Origin: a bacterium
GTDB lineage: Bacteria > Vulcanimicrobiota > Vulcanimicrobiia > Vulcanimicrobiales > SCRA01
Length of the DNA: 64,000 nucleotides
NCBI GenBank assembly: GCA_004297985.1
Contig: SCRA01000044.1
Location: forward strand, 14,262 to 78,261
Direction of reading: 5' to 3'
Shown: positions 27,055 through 35,409 of the stretch, in pieces
Numbering within the stretch: position 1 is the stretch's first letter
Layout: every line of letters starts with the position of its first letter
Notes under the pieces: generated by a model
The model's input: only the letters and a program-made list of their open reading frames with translations
Database searches by the model: none
What the model was told of the DNA's origin: nothing
Translations under genes and position numbers: made by a program

Positions 27055-27740
27055 TCTCTCCGCAGCTTGTAGCCAACGCCGTATACGGTGAGGATGTACT
27101 GCGGACGCTCGACGTCGGTCTCGATCTTCCGTCGCAGATTGTTCACGTGCCGGTCCAGCGTGCGCTCGTAGATCGTGCCGGTGTCGTCGAGGATATCCAA
27201 CAGCTCCTCGCGCGTCAGCACCTGCCCGGCGTGGGCAAAGAACGCCTGCAGGATACGGAACTCGGCGGGGGTGACGGGGACGAGATCGCCGCCGACGCGT
27301 ACTTCGTGCGCCTGCGAATCGAGCATGAGATCTCCCACGTGCAGGGGCTCTTCGCGCCGCTCTTCCGGCTCCCGCGTGGTCCGGCGCAAGACGGCGCGCA
27401 CGCGTGCGGAGACTTCGCGCGGCGAGAACGGCTTGGTCACGTAGTCGTCGGCACCCATCTCCAACCCCACGATGCGGTCGATTTCGTCGGCACGCGCGGT
27501 GAGAATGATGGTGGGGATGCTTGCCTCGGCCTGCACGTCCCGGAAGACGTCCAGACCGCTGCCGTCCGGAAGCGTCAAGTCAAGGATCATCAAGTCGGGG
27601 CGCTCGCCTAGGGCAAGCTCCAGAGCGCGGGCCGCGGTCTCGGCCAGAGAGATCCTGAAGCCTTCCCGCTGGAGGTAAGCGGCTAGGACCTCGCCGATCC
27701 GCGGCTCGTCATCCGCGATCAGGATGTGCTTGCCGCTCAT
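27051..27740 (-). CDS. OmpR-family response regulator (module 2)
   Basis: ATG at 27738-27740: MSGKHILIADDE...LMILDLTLPDGSG...VYGVGYKLRRE. Confidence 0.9.
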   Translation of the reverse strand: MSGKHILIADDEPRIGEVLAAYLQREGFRISLAETAARALELALGERPDLMILDLTLPDGSGLDVFRDVQAEASIPTIILTARADEIDRIVGLEMGADDYVTKPFSPREVSARVRAVLRRTTREPEERREEPLHVGDLMLDSQAHEVRVGGDLVPVTPAEFRILQAFFAHAGQVLTREELLDILDDTGTIYERTLDRHVNNLRRKIETDVERPQYILTVYGVGYKLRRE

Positions 27741-28272
27741 GAGGCCGAGCATACGCGACGGGGCTTCCCGACTCGGGAAGAACTCGTGAGCGTTCGTACG
27801 CGAGGACTTCGGGGGTCTCGATCTCCCTGGCCACCTCGTCGGCCAGTCGTCCGAGGAAGGCACGCAGGCTCAAACGCGCCGCCGAACGCAGGAGCGTGGC
27901 ATCGGCGAGCGCCCCTAGCAGCCCTGCGGGAGGGGTGTAGCGCCCATCCAGCATCACATCGGCGCGATGCTCCGCCACCGGATGGACACGCAGTACCCCC
28001 GAGAACCTCGGGAAGAACCGCTCCGAGGCGCGCGCTTTGAGGCGCACGGGAATGCTTCGCTCGGTAGCGCGGATCGATGGCTCCCCCAACGTCAGCACGA
28101 TCGGAACACTGAGGTCGCCGACGCCGGGCAGATGAAGTGCCGCCAGGGGTACCGTCAGCCCCACGTCGCCGTGGCGAGAGGCCGGGGCGAGATGCTCCAG
28201 CACGCGCAGGAGCGCTACGGACACGACGTCCGGGTTGCTCAGCAGCGTCTCCGAAAGGATCACCTGAGGCAT
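27709..28272 (-). CDS. Uncharacterised paralog family member X3
   Basis: FPRFSGVLRVHPVAEHRADVMLDGRYTPPAGLLGALADATLLRSAARLSLRAFL. The 3' end overlaps the RR2 start by about 32 nt. Confidence 0.58.
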   Translation of the reverse strand: MPQVILSETLLSNPDVVSVALLRVLEHLAPASRHGDVGLTVPLAALHLPGVGDLSVPIVLTLGEPSIRATERSIPVRLKARASERFFPRFSGVLRVHPVAEHRADVMLDGRYTPPAGLLGALADATLLRSAARLSLRAFLGRLADEVAREIETPEVLAYERSRVLPESGSPVAYARPHERQAHPDRG

Positions 28273-28365
28273 ACGCCCATCCTAGTATCCTCGCCCAGCG
28301 AATCTAAGAAGAATTCGGGCCGTACCCTTCGCGAGGATTTCTCGCTCCGGCGTAATGATGCCGCC

Positions 28366-28797
28366 GTGAGACCGACCATCGTCGTTCCGCTCGCTACGCC
28401 GCTCGACCGCCGCATCGTCGAGGCCGTCATCGCGGACCTCATCGAGCGCCCGGTGCGTATCGTCTTACTTTGCGTACTGCGCCTACCGGAGCCCGCGGAG
28501 CTTCCCTACGACCAGCGCCTGCGCGGTCCATCGGCCGACGCACGCGAGTTGGAAGCCTTTCATCAGCTCCACACGCTGAGCATGCGTCTACGCGGTGCAG
28601 GGCGGTCGGTCACCACCGTGGTCTCGTGGGGACCGTTGCTCGAGACCGTGACGGCCGTCGCGCAGGGTTTCGACGCCGAGGTCCTGCTCGCCGAGCTCGC
28701 CGGCCCGCTGCCCTCCACCGATGCGCGCCATGTGCTGGCCGCAACCCCCAACTCGCGCCTGCTGCGCGTCATGGCGGCTACGTCGGCGGTCCCTTAA
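28366..28797 (+). CDS. Possible degenerate USP-like protein
   Basis: The GTG at 28366 gives 143 aa starting VRPTIVVPLATPLDRRIVEAVI (USP-like beta1), but the ATP-binding G-x2-G-x9-G-S/T motif was not recognised. The upstream part of the track ORF is antisense to X3. Confidence 0.35.
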   Translation: MRPTIVVPLATPLDRRIVEAVIADLIERPVRIVLLCVLRLPEPAELPYDQRLRGPSADARELEAFHQLHTLSMRLRGAGRSVTTVVSWGPLLETVTAVAQGFDAEVLLAELAGPLPSTDARHVLAATPNSRLLRVMAATSAVP

Positions 28798-29114
28798 CGC
28801 CACCCGTCTGCCTCTTTGAGCAGCGCCCCCATCGCCTGTACGGCCTCGAGCGTCTTGTGCAGGCTCTCTTCGTTGGCCGGTACGATCCCGTCGAGCATCC
28901 CTTCCAGCCCCGCCTGAGCCACTGAGAGCATATTACCGATCTCCGCGTGGATCATCCGATCGAAGCGCCGGTGAACCATCTCCCGCCGCTCCAGCTCATC
29001 GATCGCCGCACCGACGATATGCGGGATCTCCCCTTGGCTTCCGTCCAGGATCGAACGCGCATCATCGTAACGCCCCGTCGCCATGGCGTCGAGGATGCTC
29101 TCCAGATGATCCAT
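28794..29114 (-). CDS. Stand-alone HisKA/DHp-only protein (kinase lacking any ATPase domain)
   Basis: 106 aa from the ATG at 29112-29114, colinear with the N-terminal ~105 aa of the two kinases (IHAEIGNMLSVAQAGLEGMLDGIV). It stops where the ATPase domain would begin. Confidence 0.65.
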   Translation of the reverse strand: MDHLESILDAMATGRYDDARSILDGSQGEIPHIVGAAIDELERREMVHRRFDRMIHAEIGNMLSVAQAGLEGMLDGIVPANEESLHKTLEAVQAMGALLKEADGWR

Positions 29115-29121
29115 CTCTCGT

Positions 29122-29814
29122 CTAGACCTTTCGCATCTTGTAGCCAACGCCGAAGACGGTGACCACATACGTGGGATGAACGGGATCCGGCTCGATCTTT
29201 CGCCGCAGGTTACCGATGTGGCGATCGAGCGTGCGCTCGAAAATGGAGCCGTCATCCTGCAGGTGGTCGAGCAGTTGCACCCGCGTGAGAACCTGACCCA
29301 CATGCTCCGCCAGCGCCGTCAGGATACGGAACTCGGTTGGTGTGACGCCGACCACGCGGCCGTTGATGCGCACCTCGTGGGCGATGCGGTCGATAGCCAA
29401 GCCGCGCACGCGTAACGTCTCCATACCGCCGTCGACCGGCGGCGTGCGGGACGAGCGCCGAAGAATGGCGCGCGCCCGCGCAGTCACCTCGCGCGGGGAG
29501 AAGGGCTTGGTGACGTAGTCGTCGGCCCCCATCTCCAACCCCGCGATGCAGTCGATCTCCTCGGCCCGTGCCGTCAGCATGATGGTCGGGATACGCCGGC
29601 GCGCGGAAACGGCCCGGTAGACGTCGTAGCCGTTGCCGTCGGGAAGCGTGAGATCGAGGATCATCAGATCGGGCTCATCGCTCTCGGCGAGCGCGAGCGC
29701 TTCGGCCGCGGTGAGCGCGGTCTTCACCGCAAAACCCTCGCGTACCAGATACGCTTTGAGGAAGTCGACGATCCCAGGTTCGTCGTCCACCACGAGGATG
29801 GTCTCGCTCGCCAC
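29122..29814 (-). CDS. OmpR-family response regulator (module 3)
   Basis: 230 aa, GTG start: ILVVDDE...LMILDLTLPDGNG...VFGVGYKMRKV. High nucleotide similarity to RR1 at the 3' end. Confidence 0.9.
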   Translation of the reverse strand: MASETILVVDDEPGIVDFLKAYLVREGFAVKTALTAAEALALAESDEPDLMILDLTLPDGNGYDVYRAVSARRRIPTIMLTARAEEIDCIAGLEMGADDYVTKPFSPREVTARARAILRRSSRTPPVDGGMETLRVRGLAIDRIAHEVRINGRVVGVTPTEFRILTALAEHVGQVLTRVQLLDHLQDDGSIFERTLDRHIGNLRRKIEPDPVHPTYVVTVFGVGYKMRKV

Positions 29815-30181
29815 GGCGCGTGTCTTCTCCTACGCGGCGGCGATTTCATGCAATCGATGGGGCGAAGCCTCGCCTGCCATGCCATAGCCTGCTCCACGCT
29901 CCTTTGCGCCGCGTACCACGTCCTCATCCCGGGCCCCGGGATCGCGAAGCCGCGCAAGACGTCCGAGCTCGAATCTGCGAATGCATGGGGAACCCTGCGT
30001 CCGCTCAAGCGACCACAGTCACTCCGGGGCAACCTCTGCAAGACTATGATGGGCGCGTGTGCGTTTCCATCGACCTGCTGCGCGTGGAGGGGCCCCTAGC
30101 GCTTCGGCGCGCTCCCTCCACTCCGGCCCCCTCCCGGCGGCAGGCGCCGGTACCCCACGGCGGAAAACCACGCGTACAACC

Positions 30182-31186
30182 ATGAGCGAGAGAGCAACCA
30201 CCCCCAGCACCGCCGTCGAGGCCGGTACCATCCTCCTTGCCAACCCACGCGGCTTCTGTGCGGGCGTCGAGCGCGCCATCGATATCATCAATCGCCTGTT
30301 GGATATCCACGACGGGCCGATTTACGTTCGCAAGGAGATCGTCCACAACCGCGACGTCGTGCAACGCTTCCAGGCACGCGGCGTGGTCTTCGTGGAAGAC
30401 GTCGCCGAGGTGCCGCCGGACTCGCTGCTCGTCTTCAGCGCCCACGGCGTCTCTCCCGAAGTGCGCCGCAGCGCGCGCGAACGCGGCCTCCAAGTCATCG
30501 ATGCGACCTGTCCGCTGGTCTCCAAGGTTCACTTGGAAGCGATCAAGTTCGCCAACGAAGGCCTCTACGTGATCCTCGTCGGCCACAAGTACCATGACGA
30601 GGTGGCCGGGACGCTCGGCGAGATTCCCGGGCGAATCGGCCTGGTGGAGAACGTCGAACAGGCACGCGCCTGCGAGGTGCCCGACCCGCGGCGCGTCGCC
30701 GTCGTCACGCAGACGACGCTCAGCATCGACGACACGCGCGAGATCATCGAGACGCTCAAGGCACGATTCCCGGCGCTGGTTACCCCGGCTAGGGACGATA
30801 TCTGTTATGCCACGCAGAACCGCCAAGAGGCGGTCAAGGCTTTGGCTGACGAGACCGACCTCGTGCTGGTGGTCGGCTCGGAGAACAGCTCCAACTCCCA
30901 GCGTCTGTGCGAGAGCGCGAAGCAGACGGGCACTGCCGCCTACCTCATCGACCACCCTCATGCTATCGATCCTGCATGGGTCGTGGGGAAGCGCTCGATC
31001 GGCGTCACCGCCGGTGCCTCCTCCCCCGAGCACCTCGTGCAGAGTATCCTCGCACGCCTCCAAGAGCTCGGCACCTTCGAAGTGCGCGACTTCGGCAAAC
31101 GCGAGCCGGCGATCATCTTCACGCCGCCGCGCGAGCTGATGCGTCTGGAGGCGGAGGCCGCCGACGATTCGAGCCAGACGCGCTAG
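30182..31186 (+). CDS. ispH: 4-hydroxy-3-methylbut-2-enyl diphosphate reductase
   Basis: ATG at 30182: LANPRGFCAGVERAI, VHNRDVV, FSAHGVSP, DATCPLVSKVH, ICYATQNRQ and SSNSQRL motifs. Confidence 0.92.
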   Translation: MSERATTPSTAVEAGTILLANPRGFCAGVERAIDIINRLLDIHDGPIYVRKEIVHNRDVVQRFQARGVVFVEDVAEVPPDSLLVFSAHGVSPEVRRSARERGLQVIDATCPLVSKVHLEAIKFANEGLYVILVGHKYHDEVAGTLGEIPGRIGLVENVEQARACEVPDPRRVAVVTQTTLSIDDTREIIETLKARFPALVTPARDDICYATQNRQEAVKALADETDLVLVVGSENSSNSQRLCESAKQTGTAAYLIDHPHAIDPAWVVGKRSIGVTAGASSPEHLVQSILARLQELGTFEVRDFGKREPAIIFTPPRELMRLEAEAADDSSQTR

Positions 31187-31662
31187 GAGACGGCGCGCGC
31201 CTCGATCGCTCGCTTCAGCCCGCTAAGGAAGTGGCGGATCGTCGCCTCGGCGATACGGTGGCCGATAGCGGCGTCGAAGGCCGCCCCCACGGGACCCCCC
31301 GGCGGCCGATAGGCCCCGGCCACCGAGAGCTGGGAGCGCTGCTGCGCCAGAGGCGTCACTTCCAAGAATCCTTCGAAGGCGGGGAACCCGCCGTGTCCCG
31401 GAACCTCCCAACTAAGCGGGATGCGCAACTCGGTGAGCGAGCCGAACACTGGATGCGACTCGGGCTCTCCCAGCCTTACGTCGACTCGGCGAGAGAACTC
31501 TCCGACGTCGGGTAGCCCAAGCTCCTCGAACGGCACCTCCAGACGGTAGCGTCCCGAGCCCTCGCCGCCCGGCTGGGCCCCCAGCACCTCCGAAAGCAGC
31601 GCAGGCACGCGATCCGCCGCGCATCCCACTTCGTCCACGATCAAGACTTCTGTCATGTCCAT
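31183..31662 (-). CDS. Uncharacterised paralog family member X4
   Basis: FPAFEGFLEVTPLAQQRSQLSVAGAYRPPGGPVGAAFDAAIGHRIAEATIRHFL. The N-terminal half is also colinear with X1 (LEVPFEELGLPDVGEF versus LDVPFEDLHLPRLGRF). Confidence 0.6.
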   Translation of the reverse strand: MDMTEVLIVDEVGCAADRVPALLSEVLGAQPGGEGSGRYRLEVPFEELGLPDVGEFSRRVDVRLGEPESHPVFGSLTELRIPLSWEVPGHGGFPAFEGFLEVTPLAQQRSQLSVAGAYRPPGGPVGAAFDAAIGHRIAEATIRHFLSGLKRAIEARAVS

Positions 31663-31814
31663 CTCCCGTCAGGGCAGTGTCTCTCGCCCCCATCATGGCC
31701 GCTCGGTTGGCGGATCGCATGAGTCCGGTGGGAACCTGCGTTCACGGCTTCTTCACAACGGCATCGCCACGCATGTGTTATTCCCAGACTGCTCCCCCAT
31801 AGGGAACCGCAACG

Positions 31815-32312
31815 ATGAGCTTTCACACGATTCTCGTGCCGGTCGACGGCGAGTCGCCGTCGGATGCCGCTGTCTGGTATGCGCTCTCGATGGCCGAGGA
31901 GGAGCAGGCCTCGCTCATCTTCTGCCACGCGCAGGTTCCTGTTCCGGGATATCTACTCGACGAGCCGCTCCCCGCCGGCATGAAGATCGACTCGCAGGAA
32001 GCCGTGGCCTGGTGGTCGCGCCACGTCCTCGATCGCGCCCGTGGCCGCGCCGCCCAGCTCGGCTTCGATGCGCAAGTGCGCAGCTTGCGAGGCGATCCCG
32101 TCGCAGGCATCCTCGAGACGGCGCGCGCCGAGGGAGCCGATCTCATCGTGATGGGTACGCACGGCAGGCACGGGCCGGCCCGCGCTCTGCTCGGCAGCAC
32201 GACCGAGGGGGTTCTCCGCCGCAGCAACCTGCCCGTGCTGGTCCTGCCCTGCGCCACCCCCGAATGCCTCTCACGCCACGTCGATGCCCGTGACCCCGGG
32301 GCTCTGGCCTAG
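31815..32312 (+). CDS. Universal stress protein
   Basis: ILVPVDGESPSDAA...DLIVMGTHGRHGPARALLGSTTEGVLRRSNLPVLVLP. Confidence 0.87.
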   Translation: MSFHTILVPVDGESPSDAAVWYALSMAEEEQASLIFCHAQVPVPGYLLDEPLPAGMKIDSQEAVAWWSRHVLDRARGRAAQLGFDAQVRSLRGDPVAGILETARAEGADLIVMGTHGRHGPARALLGSTTEGVLRRSNLPVLVLPCATPECLSRHVDARDPGALA

Positions 32313-32936
32313 GGCGGCCAGCCGCTCCCAGAGGTCACCGTCACCGCGCACGCCGAGGTCGTAGGAGACCGAGCTCACGAGCCGCTCGCCGACGCGCTCA
32401 AAGGCGATGCACGAGACCAGACGCACCTTCGCGAAGTGACCAGCCAGCTGCTCGCGCACCGCCTCCGCGGTCGTCTCGCCCACGTCGAATCGCACGATCA
32501 CCTGAAGGCGATGCTCGGCGTGCACGAGCGCGGCCACGCGCCAGTCCGCGATGCCGAGCGCGATCACCGTCGACACCGTGACCACGACCGCCGTCAGCAG
32601 AGCCGCCGGCGTCCCAACCCCGGCGGAGACGCCCACCGCCGCCGCCACCCAGATGCTCGCGGCCGTCGTGAGTCCGGAGGCCGTCAGGCCCTGCCGAACG
32701 ATGGCCCCTGCGCCGAGAAATCCCACACCGGTGGCGACGCCGGCGATGATGCGATCGAATTGGAGGCCGTAGGCCGACTCGGCGAAGGCGCAAGCGGCCA
32801 GCGAGACCAGCATGTGGGTACGCAACCCCGCCGGCCGGTGGACCAGCTCGCGCTGCATGCCGATCGCCGCCCCGAGCACGGCGGCCACGAGGGTCCTCAG
32901 CACGATCGCCGCGAGCAGAGCTCCATCCATCGTCAT
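32271..32936 (-). CDS. mgtC: MgtC/SapB family membrane protein
   Basis: AAVLGAAIGMQRELVHRPAGLRTHMLVSLAACAF is the MgtC signature. ACT-like C-terminus. Start at the ATG at 32934-32936. Confidence 0.85.
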   Translation of the reverse strand: MTMDGALLAAIVLRTLVAAVLGAAIGMQRELVHRPAGLRTHMLVSLAACAFAESAYGLQFDRIIAGVATGVGFLGAGAIVRQGLTASGLTTAASIWVAAAVGVSAGVGTPAALLTAVVVTVSTVIALGIADWRVAALVHAEHRLQVIVRFDVGETTAEAVREQLAGHFAKVRLVSCIAFERVGERLVSSVSYDLGVRGDGDLWERLAALGQSPGVTGIDVA

Positions 32937-32949
32937 CTCTCCAGCGGGC

Positions 32950-35409
32950 TCACGGACGTTCGATGACACGGTGGAAGAACCAGCGCTTGGCCGCCTCCAC
33001 CACCAGCACGTAGACCACGATGAGCGCGGCGATCGCGATCATGGGGCCGGCCGTCAGCGCCGTAAAGCCGAGCCTGCTCGCGAGCGGAGAAAACGGCAGC
33101 GCCACACCGATCGCGAGGCACAGCAGCGTGGTGAGGGACAACGCCGCGCTCGGCCGGCTGCGCCACATGCTTCGCCTCGTACGCAGCGCGAAGATCACCA
33201 CGGTCTGCGTCGCGAAGGACTCCACGAAGAAGGCCGTTCTGAACGTGGGTGCGCCCACGTGCAGCACCAATGCCATGAAGGCGAAGATGCTGAAGTCCAT
33301 CAGCGCGTTGACGGGCCCGAAGGCGAGCATGAAGCGGCGGATCAGCGGCATGTCCCAGTGCGAGGGCCGCTGCACCAGTTCGTCGTCGACGCGATCCGTA
33401 GGGATCGTCATCTCGCTGGTGTCGTAGAGCAGATTGCCCAGCAGGAGCTGCGAGGGGAGCATCGGCAGGAACGGCAGCACGAGCGAGCCGATGGCCGTGC
33501 TGATCATGTTGCCGAAATTGGACGAAGTCGCCATCAGCACATACTTGATGGTGTTGGCGAAGACTCGCCGGCCCTCTTCCACACCGTCGGCCAGCACGCC
33601 GAGATCCTTGGTGACCAGTACGATGTCGGCGGCATTCTTGGCCACATCGGTCGCATCGTCGACCGATATGCCGACGTCGGCGTCGTGCAGCGCGACCGCA
33701 TCGTTGACCCCGTCGCCCATGAATCCCACGTCGCGCTCCCCAAGGCGCGCCAACGTGATGATGCGCGATTTCTGCAGCGGAGAGACGCGGGCGAAGACCG
33801 TCACCCGCGCGATGGCCGCGATCGCCTCTGCATCGCTCATGGCGTCGAGCTCGTACCCGGTGACGACACCTTTGCTGTCGATGCCGAGATCGCAGCAGAT
33901 CTTCCGGCTCACGCGCTCGTTGTCGCCGGTCAGGATCTTCACCTCGATGCCCAGGCGGCGCAGACGCTCCAGCGAGGCGCCGACCTCACGTTTGAGAGGA
34001 TCCCTGAACAGGAGCAATCCGACGAACGCCAAGTCGCGCTCGTCGTCGGGCGTGGCCACGCCGGCCGCGGGGGCGCCGCGCTGGGCCACGGCAACGGCAC
34101 GAATGCCTGCGTCGAAGAGCTCGTCGACGCGCCGGCGCAGCGGCTCGTCGACGTCCGCGCAGCGTGCGAGAATCGACTCGGGAGCCCCTTTGGCGATCAG
34201 CAGTCTCCCGTCGGGTCCGTCGACGAGCACCGACATCAGGCGCCGCTCGAAATCGAACGGTACCGCACCGATCCTGCGGTAAGCCCCCAGGCGTTCGGCG
34301 AGCGGCGAGGCGCACGCCCAGAGCGCGCGATCGAGGGAGTTGCCGCCCACGGCACCGTGGTCGGTGGGGAGCGCCTCATTGCAGAGGAGTCCATAGAGCT
34401 GTGCCCGCTCCGAGCGCGCGCCCGACGCGTCGATCGCCTCCTCGAAGGCGATCGTTCCCTCGGTGAGCGTACCCGTCTTGTCGGTGAAGAGCAGCTGAAC
34501 GTTCCCGAGGTCCTCGATAGCGATCAGGCGCTTGACGACGACGCCGCGGCCCGCCATCCGTCGCGCACCCAACGCCATGCTGATCGTCACGATGGCCGGC
34601 AGAAGCTGCGGGGCGAGGCTCACCGCGATGGCCAGCGCGAAGAGCAGTGACTCCCAGAGCGAGCGCCGCAGCAGCGTCACGCTGAGCAGGAAGACCGATC
34701 CGGTCACCCACGCCGTGATCACGAGTAGCAGCCGCGAGAAGCCCCGCAGGCCACGCTGGAACGCCGTCTCGGGAAGGGCATGCGCGGCGGCCCGCGCGAC
34801 CGCTCCGAACGCCGTGCGCATGCCCGTGGCGATGATCTCGGCCACGCCCGTCCCCGCTCTGACGATCGTCCCCATCGCGACCCGATCGCCTCGCTGGGCC
34901 GACTTCTCCACCGGCTCCGACTCTCCGGTGAGCATCGACTCGTCGCACTCCAGGGCGTTGCTCTCGATCAGCCGCCCGTCGGCCGGAACGATGTCGCCGA
35001 CTTCTAGATGCATCACGTCGCCGGGAACCAGCTCCAGGGCGTCGATCTCGCGGATGTGCCCATCGCGCTCGACGACGGCGCGGCGCCGGATGCGCAGGCG
35101 CAGGTCATCGAGGACCCGCGTCGCGCGATACTCGTTGAAGAAGCCCAGACCCGTGCTGAGCGCGGCAATGCTCAACACGATCGTCGCATCGGTGTGCTGC
35201 CCGAGCGCGATCGAAAGCACGGCGACGCCCGCCAGCAACACGAGCAGCGGATTCCGGAACTGACCGCCCAGGATAACCGCCCATCCGGCCCCGCGGCCCT
35301 CGACGCGATTGGGCCCACAGCGGCGCAGGCGCTCCAGCGCTTCGCCGCTGGAGAGCCCAACGCTTCGAGCCCCCGCCGGAGCGGGTGCTACGGCGATGCT
35401 CTCCTCCAC
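32950..35409 (-). CDS. mgtA: Magnesium-translocating P-type ATPase (MgtA/MgtB-like, P3B)
   Basis: TDKTGTLTEG, KILTGDN, MGDGVNDAVAL and the overall MgtA layout, directly upstream of mgtC. The start is uncertain; the GTG at 35407-35409 limits overlap with the upstream ATPase to 22 nt. Confidence 0.82.
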   Translation of the reverse strand: MEESIAVAPAPAGARSVGLSSGEALERLRRCGPNRVEGRGAGWAVILGGQFRNPLLVLLAGVAVLSIALGQHTDATIVLSIAALSTGLGFFNEYRATRVLDDLRLRIRRRAVVERDGHIREIDALELVPGDVMHLEVGDIVPADGRLIESNALECDESMLTGESEPVEKSAQRGDRVAMGTIVRAGTGVAEIIATGMRTAFGAVARAAAHALPETAFQRGLRGFSRLLLVITAWVTGSVFLLSVTLLRRSLWESLLFALAIAVSLAPQLLPAIVTISMALGARRMAGRGVVVKRLIAIEDLGNVQLLFTDKTGTLTEGTIAFEEAIDASGARSERAQLYGLLCNEALPTDHGAVGGNSLDRALWACASPLAERLGAYRRIGAVPFDFERRLMSVLVDGPDGRLLIAKGAPESILARCADVDEPLRRRVDELFDAGIRAVAVAQRGAPAAGVATPDDERDLAFVGLLLFRDPLKREVGASLERLRRLGIEVKILTGDNERVSRKICCDLGIDSKGVVTGYELDAMSDAEAIAAIARVTVFARVSPLQKSRIITLARLGERDVGFMGDGVNDAVALHDADVGISVDDATDVAKNAADIVLVTKDLGVLADGVEEGRRVFANTIKYVLMATSSNFGNMISTAIGSLVLPFLPMLPSQLLLGNLLYDTSEMTIPTDRVDDELVQRPSHWDMPLIRRFMLAFGPVNALMDFSIFAFMALVLHVGAPTFRTAFFVESFATQTVVIFALRTRRSMWRSRPSAALSLTTLLCLAIGVALPFSPLASRLGFTALTAGPMIAIAALIVVYVLVVEAAKRWFFHRVIERP

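Noticed and set aside
29815-30181. 367-nt gap between RR3 and ispH as a possible ncRNA or small gene
   Set aside because: The ORFs here (29820-30185, 29848-30099, 29724-30041) are Arg/Pro-rich without motifs, and I could not identify a convincing conserved structure by eye. It is left as a divergent promoter region.
32812-34650. 612-aa plus-strand ORF antisense to the MgtA-like ATPase. The same applies to 35892-37775 opposite the P2 ATPase, 48064-50481 opposite acnA, 53524-55761 opposite lepA and 57961-59547 within the propeller gene.
   Set aside because: All are Arg/His/Asp-rich with no motifs, and all lie opposite or out of frame to genes with unambiguous signatures.
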